Below are positions 28,231 through 41,495 of a stretch of 64,000 bases of DNA, piece by piece; position 1 is the first letter of the stretch, and each line of letters opens with the position of its first letter. This DNA comes from Eledone cirrhosa (Eukaryota). The notes beneath the pieces are model-generated. The model had not been told where the DNA came from. It saw nothing but the letters and a program-made list of their open reading frames with translations, and made no database searches. The translations under genes were made by a program, and so were the position numbers. The stretch is taken from the NCBI GenBank assembly GCA_964016885.1, contig OZ024742.1:225680001-225744000 (forward strand), read 5' to 3'.

Positions 28231-31200
28231 GTTTATAGTCATCTAAAAAGCTTCCATCATAATTTTCCCTAAGAACCTTTAAGTTATGCTCCAAATACCA
28301 GCTAAATAATGAGAAAGTTAGATATATTACTAAACCCCTCCAAATTCTTGATTGTTTTCAAAATTATTTGTAATCCATAGGCAGTGTCTTTCATTAGAAA
28401 TATAGTAATTGAAGTGTTAAAAATTTTATATTTAAATACCTTCGATTATAATTTTTTTAAAGAAACTTTCTTCCAAACACCAGCTTATTAATGAGAAAGT
28501 TAGCTATATTACTAAATGCCTTCAAATTTTTTAGTATTTTCAAAATTATTTGAAATACATTGGCAGTGTATTTCATAAAAAAATATGGTAACGAAAAGGT
28601 TAAAGTGTTTGTACTTATATGGAATCTAAATTCCTCCAAATTTTTCCTTTTTTCAAATTATTTGGAACACACTGGCTTTGTATTTCACTAGAAATCTAGT
28701 AACAAAAGGATTTTAAATAATTCCTTATACATTTTTCAAAATTTGCTAAGAATTATTTTTGTCAGCACACTAACCAAAATACTAAATAGTAACAATGGAC
28801 AATGGAGAACCAAACTTTATAAAGTCTTTGTAGAAATGAGAAATGTTTTCCAGCTCAGTGATAAATTATTTCTTAACGACCTTAACCACCGTAACGAGAT
28901 TTTTCAAGTTTTATTAATTATGTGTTAATTGTTTCTGCAGTTTTTGTTTTTGTTTTTCTTTTATCTTTTCAGTTTGTTTTTTGTTTTTGTTTTTTTTATT
29001 TCTTCTCAATATGATGAATGAAATGTCTAGCAGATTTTGTGTTAATTACTTACTTGTTAATTAGAAATCTCATTCACATTTCATCGTTGTTGAGAAGGAA
29101 AAAAAACCCCAAAAGTTCACTTTTCAACCACATGGTCCTACTGTGCAGCACCTTGGGCAAGTGTCTTCTACCATAGCCTTGGGTTGACCAAAGCTTTGTG
29201 GGTAAAATTTGGCAGAAGGAAACTGTAGAAGCCTGTCGTATATATACAGATATGTATGTGGGCTTCTGTTTACTCTTTGTTTGTGTCTCATAATCTAACG
29301 GTTCAACAAGAAGAGTTTGATAAAATAAGTACCAGACTGGGAAAAAAATACTGGGGACAATATGATCAACTGAATCAAGGTGACACCCCAGCATGGCCAG
29401 TCTTATGAATGAAAGCAGGAAAAGACTAAACATGATGACAATGATGGTGATGTTTCTTCAATTTTCCTTTCCCTTCTTCTCAACATGATGAAATGTGTAC
29501 CAAATTCTGTGTTAATTAATTACTCGTTAATTAAAATTAAATTTTTTTGTCCAAGTGATGTTTTTTTTACAATCTTTAAGATTGGTTTTCTTTTCGATTT
29601 CTTTTTTTTTTTATAGATTTTGTTTTCTTTTACTGAAACCAGTTTTTATTTCTAATGAATGTCTTTCAAAGTTAGTGAATGCCTTCTTACCTCCTTTTTT
29701 TTTTTTTTTTTTTTTTTTGTGGAATTTTTCAGATAAAAATTTCAAAACCCAAACAATGAAATAAAAATATTTCTATTTAATTACTTTGTGTAGTTTTTAT
29801 TATAATAACTAGCAGAAGAACCGCCCTTCGGCCGGTTTTCTGCTAGTATGTATAGTGTGTATATTGATATACACAAATATATATGCACATAGATATAATA
29901 CGTAAATTGACAATATGCACATAAACTGAACAAATACTGTGTTACACTTACTTCTGTAATCAATAAAGTAATCCATGATACATTTAAAAAAAAGGCAATA
30001 ATGGAGATGGAAAAGCGATGAAACTGTTGACGGAAAATGTTCATGAATCTTCACTTGAGAATGTCGATGGGAAGCTTCAAGCAGTGAATTTGAAAATAGA
30101 TGCTGCTGGTATGAATGAATGAATTACATTTACCAATATGAATAGTTAACCTTCGCTATATTGTTGTTTTACTGTATTCACATATAGACTTCTCAAGTTT
30201 TTGTAGTGTCCCTTTTCTAGCAGTTAAAAAGAAACTGAAATGCATTTCAACTAAAAGAGAGTGATAGCTGTTTCACATCACTGTAGAATTTCTTTGTAGA
30301 CACAGTTGTCAGCAAACAGACCCCTTTCATTTAATATTTTTATATTTTCTTTTTTTGTAACTCGTGATAATGCAACATACATCTGACCATGTGAGAAGAA
30401 TTGTGTTGGTAGATATACACCTATCTTTTCAAATGTCCGCCCTTGTGCCTTGTTGCATGTAAGGGCAAAGGCTGGTTTGACAGGAAATACATGTGGTATC
30501 CTTGGGATTAGCAACCTTGTTCCAGCATTGGGACCCAATGCCACTTCAGCTTCAATTACATGATTATGTAAACTGATGAGGATGTAGCATGTACCATTGC
30601 AATGCCCGTTTAGAGGATCCAGATTTTTCAGAAGCATGAGGCAACTGCCTTTCTTCAGTTTAAGTATGTGTGTTGGGAAGCCTGATGAGGTACGTTTGTT
30701 GATGAACTTGATTGGATATTGCAGTTCATTATCTACTTTATCAGAGCTTCTGTAGATTATTTAATGACCAGGGAATTTGTTGACCATGAACTCATTCACC
30801 AATATTTCTGCATTATTTGTTGGAATGATAATGGCTCTATTTGCAAGCCATAGTGGGTTTGTGTAGTTTCCTGGAATATTTGTATACACAAAATCACACA
30901 GTCCAGACAGATTACCATATTCCAGACAAAGTTCATTTGGCAGAAGAACTGTGAATGCACCTACAGTTGGAACAGTTGGAATGTTACCTTTCCCACATCA
31001 AGAAGGTAGTTTGCAAACTGTCTTTCATCAGAATCCTCTGCATTAATTAACCATTGATTGATTATCATCTCCATGGTTTCCACATAGTTCCAGAGATAGG
31101 ATCTCTTGATGGTTGCCTCAACTCTGGTATGACAACAATAGTTGGGTCTGGCCGAGGAAGTCCATAGTTAGCATGAATATCCAAGCCATCATGTTGAAGT

Positions 31201-33568
31201 CTTTGTTGGATCTGCTGTAGAACAATCTGCATGGTTTGCATGGACATGACTTGCTCATGACGTTCATGCATGATATCCTCTGCAAGACAATTCTTCCATT
31301 ACTCCCAGAACTGCAGAGGGTCATTTGGCACGCTGTACAATAAAATGGTGCAGAAGATCTCTCGCAGCTGAGGACCACGCGTAATGGATGAGGCCTCTTA
31401 CATAGCTTTTTCTTTTTCTCCATCTTCATCTAACAGACCAAGTTTCCTGCATGCTTCTTGGAATGTTGGAATTCAACTCCTTCAAATCTTTGTATGAAGT
31501 TGACCCAGCCTTGTGATGTAGGATCATCCTGAGGTAATATAATTCAGATTGATGTCTACTGAGAGATACTGTTGGACCAAGAGATGTCCCTTTTTTCTTC
31601 TTTGCCACTTTTTGTTTGTCGAAGTGAAATATTTAGGAATATCAATGTACAATATGTTTTGTGCCAGTGGGTCTCTAATATTCAGTTGAAAATATTCCGT
31701 CAACTTAGTCATTGGCTGTCCCCTAGAAACAATACTTTCTTTCTGCCCTCGCTCATACATGACCATTTGTTCTATGCATTGATATAGGTCTCAATCTCAT
31801 TTTGGGCATGGACGCAATTTCCTTGATCATCCTTAATAGTGAAAGTGATCTTGTCTGATCCTTTTGTGATGTACTTATATAAGTACTTAACAGCCTTGAC
31901 ACTGTGGACAACCTCACAATTGATGTGGCACTGATATCTCAATGAAAGGAAAGGGTTGTATGGAACAATTCAACGATTATCAACAGTAAATTCTTGACCT
32001 TTAAGTTGGATTGTATGGGTGTGACCACCATGCTGTCTATCCCTTCTTCTATACTCCGGAAAGGAATTTTCGGCAACAAATGTGGTTTGTCTGAATGCCT
32101 TGGGATAACTTTTTGAGCAATGGCATTGTTGTCCTAGCCCTTCCATACATGGGCACATCATATTAGCTTGTCCACATGGGCCATGAATGTTGCAGGATGT
32201 GATGATCTGATGCAGAATTAGATTGGTCTCTTTATCAGAAATCTCACAGTACACTACCTGATCAATGGCATCAGCAGTTTTGGGCTTGCTATCTTCAGCC
32301 ATTATCAGCAGAATATGAGCATGAGTGAGGCTTCGTTTCTGCCACTCTATTGTAGCAGAATGAGCCACAACTTTTCCTAGGACATTTTTTTTCAGTATGT
32401 CATCCATGAGGCTGTCATACTTGATCTTGAAGACTCTTGCACAAATATCAGGACGGTCTCTAGGTTCTTCACCAGGGTGCAAACTATTTTTTATTTCATC
32501 CCAGTTAGTGTTAGTTGTTACCGTGATGAAATAATATGGCTTTCCCATGTGTCGAACCACAGTCATCGAATTCTGAAAGCACTCACTGTAGAAGCGAGGG
32601 GAACCATAGATTGAAGGAGGAAGAACAATTCTCCGGCCTGCACTTGTTTCAGACGTTAGACTGTGCCCATGCTGGGGTACCACGATTAAAGGATTTTCTT
32701 GACCTCAATTTCAGTACATATATTTTAAAATCTAGTACTTATTTTATTGATCTCTTCTATTCTCTTTGAAACGTGTGTGTGTGTGTCTATGTGTTCATAT
32801 GTATGATGGTACCCTATCGCTTGCGACGAGGATTCTTCCAGCTAGGTTTCTCAAATGGAACTGCCTGAAATTAAGGGGAGAGTGTCTGAGCATTCCACAG
32901 ACACGTATAATGGAGGGTTTCAGGGTGGGACTACATTGGTTCTTCGACTTACTGACAGAGTACACTTTTTTTTACTTCAGTGGAGAGAAGAAAGGCGAAA
33001 TAATGTGTCTTGCTCAAGAATACAACACACTGATGGGATTCAAACTCTCAACATTACAATCACGAGACACACACACGGACATAAACACACACACATATGC
33101 ACACAGTTACAGTAACACGCATATGCACACACACACATAAGCAAATAGATCCACACACACATATACATATATGCACACACACATAAACACACCACACATA
33201 TATATATATATGTGTGTGAGTGAGTCTATGTACTTATGCAATGGTAAAAAGAATATACACCTGTGGATTGAATCATTGGTATTGTAGTAAATTATCCTTT
33301 CCTTATTTCCACATCTTCACATACATACACACAGCCACATATACAGATAACCACACTATCATCTATCTTTCTATCTACCTGCCAACCTACCTGTCTATCT
33401 ATCTCTCTCTCTCACACACACAAATATGTCTATTCTAGAGAGTGTGTCCATTAGATCTATAATTGCATTTCAAGAATTACGAAGAATTTGCAAGTTACTT
33501 CATCCGGGGAGGATTAATAATAGCTTCACTAACCTCAGAAGACGATTTGTGTGCGTTATGTATGTGTG

Positions 33569-34527
33569 TCTATATATATATATATATATATGCAGTATGG
33601 ACCAGACTTCACGCATGCGCACGTTGGATAGACATCGCGCTTGCGCACATCGGACCAGACTTCGTGCATGTGCACTTCAGACCTGCCTTCGTGCATGCGC
33701 ACTTTGGACCAGACTTCGCGCATCGCACTTTGGACCAGACTTTGCGCATGCGCACTTCGGACCAGTCTTTGCGCATGCGCACTTCGGACCACCCTTCGCA
33801 CATGCGCACTTTGGACCAGCCTTCGCACATGCGCACTTCGGACCAGTCTTCGCCATGCACACTTCGGTCCAGCCTTTAGCACATGCTCACTTCAGACCAG
33901 CCTTTGCGCATGCGCACTTCGGTCCAGCCCTCGCGCATCCGCACTTCGGACCAGCCTTCGCGCATGTGCAGCACGGAAAAGCCTTCGCGCATGCGCAGTG
34001 CGGACCAGCCTTCATGCATGCGCTGTACGGACCAGCCTTCATGCATGTGCAGTACGGACCAGCCTTTGCGCATGCGTAGTATGGACCAGCCTTCGTGTAT
34101 GCGCAGTACGGACCAGCATTCATGCATTACTGTGAATAAATAATGAATGAATATTACATAATTTATCTACTAAGTATTGTGGCTGTTCATTAAATATATT
34201 TTATTACTTATTTAAAGATTCACTTCTTTAAAATTTTCAAATGTCAACACTTCCGGTTAGCGATCCTTTAAATAAATATTCATATATTTCTGTCACTAAT
34301 TTTCTCCTAATGCAGTTTATATATAATATCGTCTTTTTATAATGTATCATGGATTACGTTACTGATTACACAAGAGAGTGTAACACAGTCTTCGTTCAAT
34401 TTCTGTGTATATTGTCAATTATGATTTTATTTGATCATATCTACATGCATATATACTTGCGTATAATATCAATATACACACTACACAAGCTCACAGAAAA
34501 CCATCCGAAGGGTGGTTTTCCTGCTGG
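33569..34527 (+). mobile_element. Non-autonomous Helitron carrying a 27-bp minisatellite, nested in opposite orientation
   Basis: 5' TCTATATA. The 3' ~185 bp is homologous to the reverse complement of 29809-29985, with hairpin aaaaccatccgaagggtggtttt followed by CTGG|T. Confidence 0.75.
33593..34126. repeat. 27-bp GC-rich minisatellite, about 20 units (consensus gcgcatgcgcacttcggaccagccttc)
   Basis: Period read directly: TGCGCATGCGCA at 33743, 33770 and 33905; CGCGCATGCGCA at 33986. Confidence 0.97.
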
Positions 34528-35862
34528 TAATATTAAATGAGTTTTTAAAAAAATGAGTTAATAAATAAATAAAGAGTTAATAAATAAATAAAACGTTATA
34601 CTTGTTTTACCCTGCAATTTCCAATTAAATCGAACGCTATCATGACTGTGCGTGTGTTTGTGTAAATGTATGTGTGAATGTATGTATGTTTGTGTGAAAA
34701 TATGTGTGAATGTATGTATATTTGTGTGAATTATGTCTGTGTGTCATCATCATCATCATCCTCGTTTAACGTCCACTTTCCACGCTAGCATGGGTTATAA
34801 GTTTGTGTTTGCGCGATTATAGTTAAATACTCATAAATATAGGTGTATGTATGTACACTCATACGTGTCTGTGTGTAGAAAATCATAATCTCTCTATCTC
34901 TCTCATCACACAATCTCTCTTTCTATATATATATGTTAGTTGAAATGGTGGAGGCGACGATATACCGGAAGTGCAACTTTGAAAAGAAGTCAATTTTAGA
35001 TTATTTATTTTTACAAAATTATTTGTTTACGAAATTTAGTACATAAATTATGTAATATTCATTCATTATTTATTCAAAGTAATCCAACTTATTTTACTAA
35101 CTGGATTAAAAGAAATAAACCGTATGCAGTCTTTTCTTTATTATAGTTTAGATGGTTGTTTATGCCAAATATTCCAAAGATTTCTTGAAAGTTCTACATG
35201 TTGAAACTAAAACAATTACCTTGTGAAAGAGTCCTTTTAGCCACAATTGTACCGGTCTATCAAGTGACTTAATCTAAAACTGTGTTAAAACTAAGGTAAT
35301 TACATTAGTTTCAGATGATTTCTTATGAATGAAATAGTTCTAGTCCTGTAGAAGACATTTCTATAATAAAATAAAGATACCTAACCTCTACTAATGTATT
35401 AAATACATTTTTTAACTGTGGTCACTTCTCAATATACTTCAGAATCTATCATCATTATTGTTGTTTTAACGTCCACTTTCCTTGACTATATATATATATA
35501 TATGTAATATATAATGTGGAAAGTGATGTAAGACTAAACAATGCAAAATGGATGGTAAGATGAAGGTAACAAAAAAGTTAGTTACCTGGTAATTTTGGTT
35601 TTATTGTTTTTTTTGTTGTTGCTGTTGTTTCTTTTGTCCTAATATTTTGGGACTTAAAATTCCCTTCTCAAGAAAATTCCCAAAAGAAGAAACCAGAACA
35701 TTTCTTTCTCTGAAAGTTTGTTTTACTCTGAAGAAGGGAATTTAAGTCCCAAAATATTAGGACGAAAAAATATTAGGCAACAAAAAAAAATAAAAGAAAC
35801 AAACCAAAGATTACCAGATAACTTACTTTTTCATATACAATGCTTCAAGCAAACTATATTTT

Positions 35863-35904
<42 letters not shown>

Positions 35905-38900
35905 TATAAGTTTGAAGAATAGTCAGACAAAATTTATACAATTTTTTCTTCTTAGTCTGTAGAAATTAACTAGATGAATAATCATTTAAATGGAGCTAAG
36001 TTTAAAATGTAACTTTGAAGAAATAGCAGATAAATGTTATTGATATTCCTTTATGAGGAACAGTCAGATAAAATTTACCTAGTCTTTCTTCTTAGTCTGT
36101 AGAAATTAACTCGACAAATAATCATTTAAACGGAGCTAAGTCTAAAATGTAAGTATGAAGAAAAAAATAGATAAACATTACCAAAAGCTCTTCTAGTCCC
36201 GACTATTGCTAGTTTCACGCGTACTTTGTGGAAATGTCAATCGTTGCATTATCCATGAGGCTCCGAGCTTATCAAGATATATATATATTATATAAAGGGG
36301 ATTGAGCTAACTTGGACACTACCAACTCGTGATCTCTAGTAGACATGACTGTCCATAACAGCAGGCCAATTTCCAATTCTATACCAGTGTCCTGTACCTG
36401 TTGGTCAATGTATATAAAATATGGTCTTCCTCTGGATCTTTTGCCAGGAGTAAGTTTCCATAGCAATAACTGTTATACTTCCACATCTTTCCTTCTCCTT
36501 CAGTGACCAATAAACCTTAGACTTTGTTGGCCCAATATAGTTGTTATTGGTAGTAGATTGCCATAAAGTTCAGCATATATATATTAGGATAAAATTCACC
36601 CACTACACTCTGTAAAGTGACTGTCAATGTCATGATAAAATGTGCCTGCACACTCTGTAAGGAGTTTGGCATTAGAAAGGGCATATAGCTCTAGTAATCA
36701 TTGAAAACGGATGTAAAATGATGATGATGATAATATATATATAGGCAGGCAACATTGTTAGAACATTGGATAGAATGCTTTATCATATTCATTCCAGCTC
36801 CCTGCTCTCTGAGTTCAAATCCCACCAAAGTCAACTTTGCCTTTCATCTTTTCAATAAAAAAAAAGTACCAGTCTAGTACTGCTGCTGATTCTTCCTCTC
36901 ACTAGAAAAAATTTACTGTACTCAGACCTGGAGAGCAATGGGCTCTGCCAGGCATAAAATGTCCAAGAAACGCTATATGTCAATACATATATGATTCTAT
37001 ATATATATATATATTAGGTGCAGGCACAGCTGTATGGTTGAGTTCACTTCATAACCACAAGGCTCCAAGTTTAGTCCTACTGCATAGCACCATAGGCAAA
37101 TGTCTTCTACTATAGATTCAGGTTGATCGATGCCTTGTAAATGAAATTTGATAAAGAGAAATTGAGGAAAAGGAACAGGAATCAATATCATCAGCTAAAT
37201 CTTTTCAAGGTAGTGCTTCTACATGGCCAGAGTCTAATGACTGAAACCAGTAAAAGAACACAAGATGAAATCCCTTCAAGGCAATGCCTCTGCATGACAC
37301 AGTCACAGTCTACTAACTGAAACAAGTAAAAAAATACATGACAAAATCCCTTCATGCGCCAGCATGACCACAGTCTAATGATTGAAACCAGTAAAAGAAT
37401 ATCAGTGACTGGGTGAGAGGAGTGATTGAAATGAATGCAGAAGGCAGTAGAGGAAAGGTAAGACCATGGTAGACATGACTAAAGATGATGCAAGAAGAAA
37501 TGAAAGCCAGGAAGTTGATGAGATTGGAGGTGCAGACAATAGGGCAATAGAGAAAATTGCTATGGGGCTCATATGAATAATCCCTGCTTTAACAGTGAAA
37601 ACAGCCTTTAAAAAACTTGTTGCTAGCATGTCTAAATGAATATCTTTATATATTTTTCATGATTTGGAATAAAAATATGAAAAGTTTTTAAATTGCTTTT
37701 ATATTTTATTTGTTCCATTTTAGTTTATTTATCTCACATATTTTGTTGGTAAAATATTCTTAAAAAAAACAAAACTGTATTTCTTGTTCTGGAACATTAA
37801 ATTTTGTAAGATAAGAGATAAAGTGGCATGAATGTACGTATGGACCCGTGACTCCTGATGGAGTCGAGGGGGCACTGTAGTGGCATATATTTCTGGGGCA
37901 TTTTAAGCCTGGCTGAACCCATCTCTCTCTAGGTCTGAAGACAGCAGATTTCTTCCAGAGTAGGATAGAAAGTGAGAAAAAAGGAAGTAAGAAATAGATA
38001 TAGAAGAAGAATTGACCCCATTTCTAGACTGGTACTTTTTTTATTGACCTCAAAAGGATGAAAGGCAAAGTTGACCTCGGTGAGATTTGAACTTAGAGAT
38101 CAGAGAGCTGAAATGAATACTGCAAAGCATTCTATCTGATGTTCTAATGGCTCGGCCAATTTGCCGCTTGTAAAGAGGTAAAGGTATGAAGGCATAAATG
38201 GCCTAGCGGCTTGGGCGTTGGGATTTGGTTTCCAGACTGGTTGATACGATGTGATCCTAACAACCAAGATGACAACGTTGTTATATTCACAACTAGTCAG
38301 TGTTTAATAATGATAATACCTCTGAAGACAGTCAGAGGGTACAGCTGAAATGTTACAACTATAACAACCAAGATGAGGACACTAGTTTGAATATATCAGT
38401 TTGTAATAATAGGTCCTCATCTCAGAAATTCAGACAAAATTTTTCACATACTTATGTAAAACAGTGAAGATGTGTGGCTTAGTGGTTAGAATGTTGGGGG
38501 CCTGATTATATCGTTGTGGGTTTGATTCCCAGAATCAATTACATGTTGTCTCCTTGAGACAGGTACTTCATTTCACGTTGCTCCAGGTCACTCAGCTGAA
38601 AATTAGTACCAGTGATAGCTGAGGGTTAATCTTTCATTTGTGAGGAAGGGTCTTCTATTCTCAGTTGCTAAACATCAGTAAAACTGGGAGAAGCTCCTGG
38701 TTTTTGTCTAACACATAATTATGGAAAGAGGGACATAAAATGACTAATTCATAGGTATGTGTATGTGTTAAAACTCTGTCAGTTTTGACAATGAGTGTTC
38801 CAGTTGTTTGATCAATTGAACAGCCTGCTTCTGAAATTAACTGAGTATTCCACAGACATGTGCACCCATTACATAGTTCTCAGGAATATTTAGCATGACA

Positions 38901-39889
38901 GTGTGTTAAAAGGTTGACCATTTGAATTACAGGTACAATCCATCTGATGGGCTTCTAAACAGTTTCCATCTACTCAATTTCATTTATAAGGCTTGGATTG
39001 ACCCAAGGCTCTAGTAAATGACATCTGCCAAAGATGTCACACCCTGGAACCTCATGATTGCAAAACTAATTTCTTAACCATTCTATTATGCTGTGTCCCT
39101 ATTTTGTATTATAACAAACTACCATATATACTCATACATAAGTTTTTAACTATTAAAATAAATTGGGCATGAAAAACCACATGTGACTTATCTACCAAAC
39201 CTTGCCCTGGGCTTGAAATTCAGTATTCACTAACACACACAAACATGAGAGCACACACTGAATATTGCTGATGTAAACAAATATAACACTATAGTCCTCT
39301 ATCAAATGGCAATAAGCCTAATGTCTTTTAGATGTTGCATATAGCATATATTGTTGGTCAATTAAGAGTGAGGATTTAAGAGCACCAGGTAATCTGTTCA
39401 TTCCAGGCACAAAATATAGAAACACATTGCTATGAGATCTAAGGTTCCAGAACTTATTTACAATGACTGGGATTATTTTAGCCAAATATATATTTAAATA
39501 AAAATTTATTGCAAAATCAGTTGCAAACAGTATTTACGAAAAAAACAAAAACATGTGGCATATATATTGGTTAAAGACTGAAGTAAAAATATAAATCCAG
39601 AGGATGGTGAGCGACTTATCTGTCCTTATGTCTTATAAGTACATTTTATAATATATTGTAATTAATGAGTGGTTCTCAGAAACTTGGGTCACATTCCTCC
39701 TCTTGCAATACCAGCTTTCCTCAATTCCTTCATATTTTGAATTTCTTTCGTCATTTTTCAATACAGCACCATATCAACAAGAGAAAGCTTTTCAAACCTC
39801 AATCACCTTATAGTTCCAAATTGGATTAAATTTAAAGCGTTCTTTTTTTTTTGTAAGCTGTTAAATTGTGATTGCCCTTATAGTTAAGT

Positions 39890-40065
39890 ATATGTACACA
39901 ATAGTTGAGTATATTGGCACTTCATTTGATATATACACAATATACACCATAGTTAGGTATATAGGTATTTCATTTGATATACACATAATATACACTATAG
40001 TTGAGTATATTAGTATTTCATTTGATATATACACAATGTACTGTATAGTTGTGCATATGGTATTT
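39890..40065. repeat. 48-bp tandem repeat, about 3.5 copies
   Basis: tagttgagtatattggcacttcatttgatatatacacaatatacac recurs. Confidence 0.8.
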
Positions 40066-41287
40066 CATGATTAAGAATCACTAGATTAGAACTAAATATA
40101 ATGAAATATCAGGACAAAAAAAAACAACATTTAAATGTGAACAGTCTTTCTGTTATCATGGCATCAGCTAATTAGAAAAAAACTTATAAAGACATTTCAA
40201 TTATAGAAACACACGTTTTTGGTAATTTAGTGCAAAATTGAAATATTTCTATTGTATTTCTATTTTCTGGCTTATAGATGGCTAAATATTTACCTGGCTA
40301 GTAATATCTTTTGAAAAAAAATACCCCAAACAAACTTTCATAACACACAACACACATTCACATACATATACAAAGCTGGTAATAGGCTAATAGGGTCAGA
40401 CTAGATGTGCAATAAAGGCCTCAGACCAGATGTGCAATGTAGGCCTCCAAAGCTGGTAATAGGCTCAGGCCAGATATGCAGTGTGTGGATTGCTGGTATA
40501 TATGTAGTGTACACAATGTACTTACATGTAAAAGAACTATAATATAAGAGGGAGCAAGCCATCCTAAAATTTAAGACCCATGCTAACTAGCCTACATGCA
40601 TACACACACATACATACATACACAGGCACACTTATGGAATGTTTTATTTATTCTAACAATTTTATATTTGATAAATGTTTACACATTTATGTTACTCAGT
40701 AAATGCTTATACATTTATGTTGTTCAAAAACTGTATAAACAATTGTTTTTCAAATAATTTTTATACATTTATGTTGTTCATTAAATGTTTATACATTTGC
40801 TAATAAATTTGTACACATTTATGTTATCTAATAAATGTTTATATGTTAACAGAGAAAGGTTAGTACAAATTGAGGAAATATTTACAATAAACAACTTAAT
40901 TTCTGTTTTTCACTTATAGCTATGCAGGCTGTTTTGTTTTCTAATGGAAAACAAAATATAAGAATTATTTTACATGGATTTTCTTCAAAATGTTCAATTT
41001 GTAAACAAGACATTAAGCTATTTTCGGGGGACAATAATTCCAAGAAATATACATATAAAGGAGACAGCATATAAACATTATACAGGTATACCACTTATTT
41101 TCTGGACACTGATGGTCCAACATCTCTTTTAATACAAACATCATTATATGTGGACACTGAAATTTCCTTGTGACCTCCCAGACAAGTTCACTGGGTGACC
41201 TTACATACACAAAGACAAGAAACATTATGAAGGCAGAAACACTCTCCCAATCCTCAACTATAACAATATAATGGTATAAATGTTTAA

Positions 41288-41495
41288 CCCTTTAGCAGTT
41301 TCATTACTCTATATATACTATAGTATTTTCATAGTAAAGGCTTTACCTCACATAATATAGAATCTATGAGATTTTGATAATATTTATTTTGAGAACAATA
41401 CCTTAACATCAGTTTGAATGACAGGTTACGGCTGGTTTCGATAGAAAGAGGTGAGAGAATTCTGGCTGGATATGGCCGGTTTAAATGCTAAAGGG
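41288..41495. mobile_element. piggyBac-type MITE with TTAA target duplication
   Basis: TTAA|ccctttagca...tgctaaaggg|TTAA. Family copies at 20536-20744, about 17175-17350, about 48382-48585 and about 49040-49170. Confidence 0.82.

Larger units (their letters stand above)
29809..35152 (-). mobile_element. Decayed formerly autonomous Helitron (Rep/PIF1 helicase remnants at 30278-32690)
   Basis: Rep motifs FITVTTN, IEWQKRSLTHAHILL and VKYLYKYITKG; helicase motifs FALTCNKAQGRT and FSHGQMYVALSRV. 3' hairpin aaccggccgaagggcggtt followed by CTAG|T at 29809. Putative 5' end A|TCTAAACTATAATAAAG at 35152 (less certain). Many stops and frameshifts. Confidence 0.88.

Noticed and set aside
30278-32683. 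Host PIF1 helicase gene or active Helitron transposase
   Set aside because: Rep motifs and Helitron termini identify it as a transposon. Multiple stops, frameshifts and loss of the central helicase motifs make it non-functional.
33593-34126. CRISPR-like array
   Set aside because: The units are contiguous with no unique spacers, there are no cas genes, and the context is eukaryotic. The same applies to 26400-26765 and 44000-44485.
33426-34143. His-rich repeat protein (AHAHFGPAF)n and overlapping Cys/Lys-rich ORFs
   Set aside because: A 27-bp repeat with few stops is open in most frames. There is no splice or gene context, and it lies inside a Helitron.
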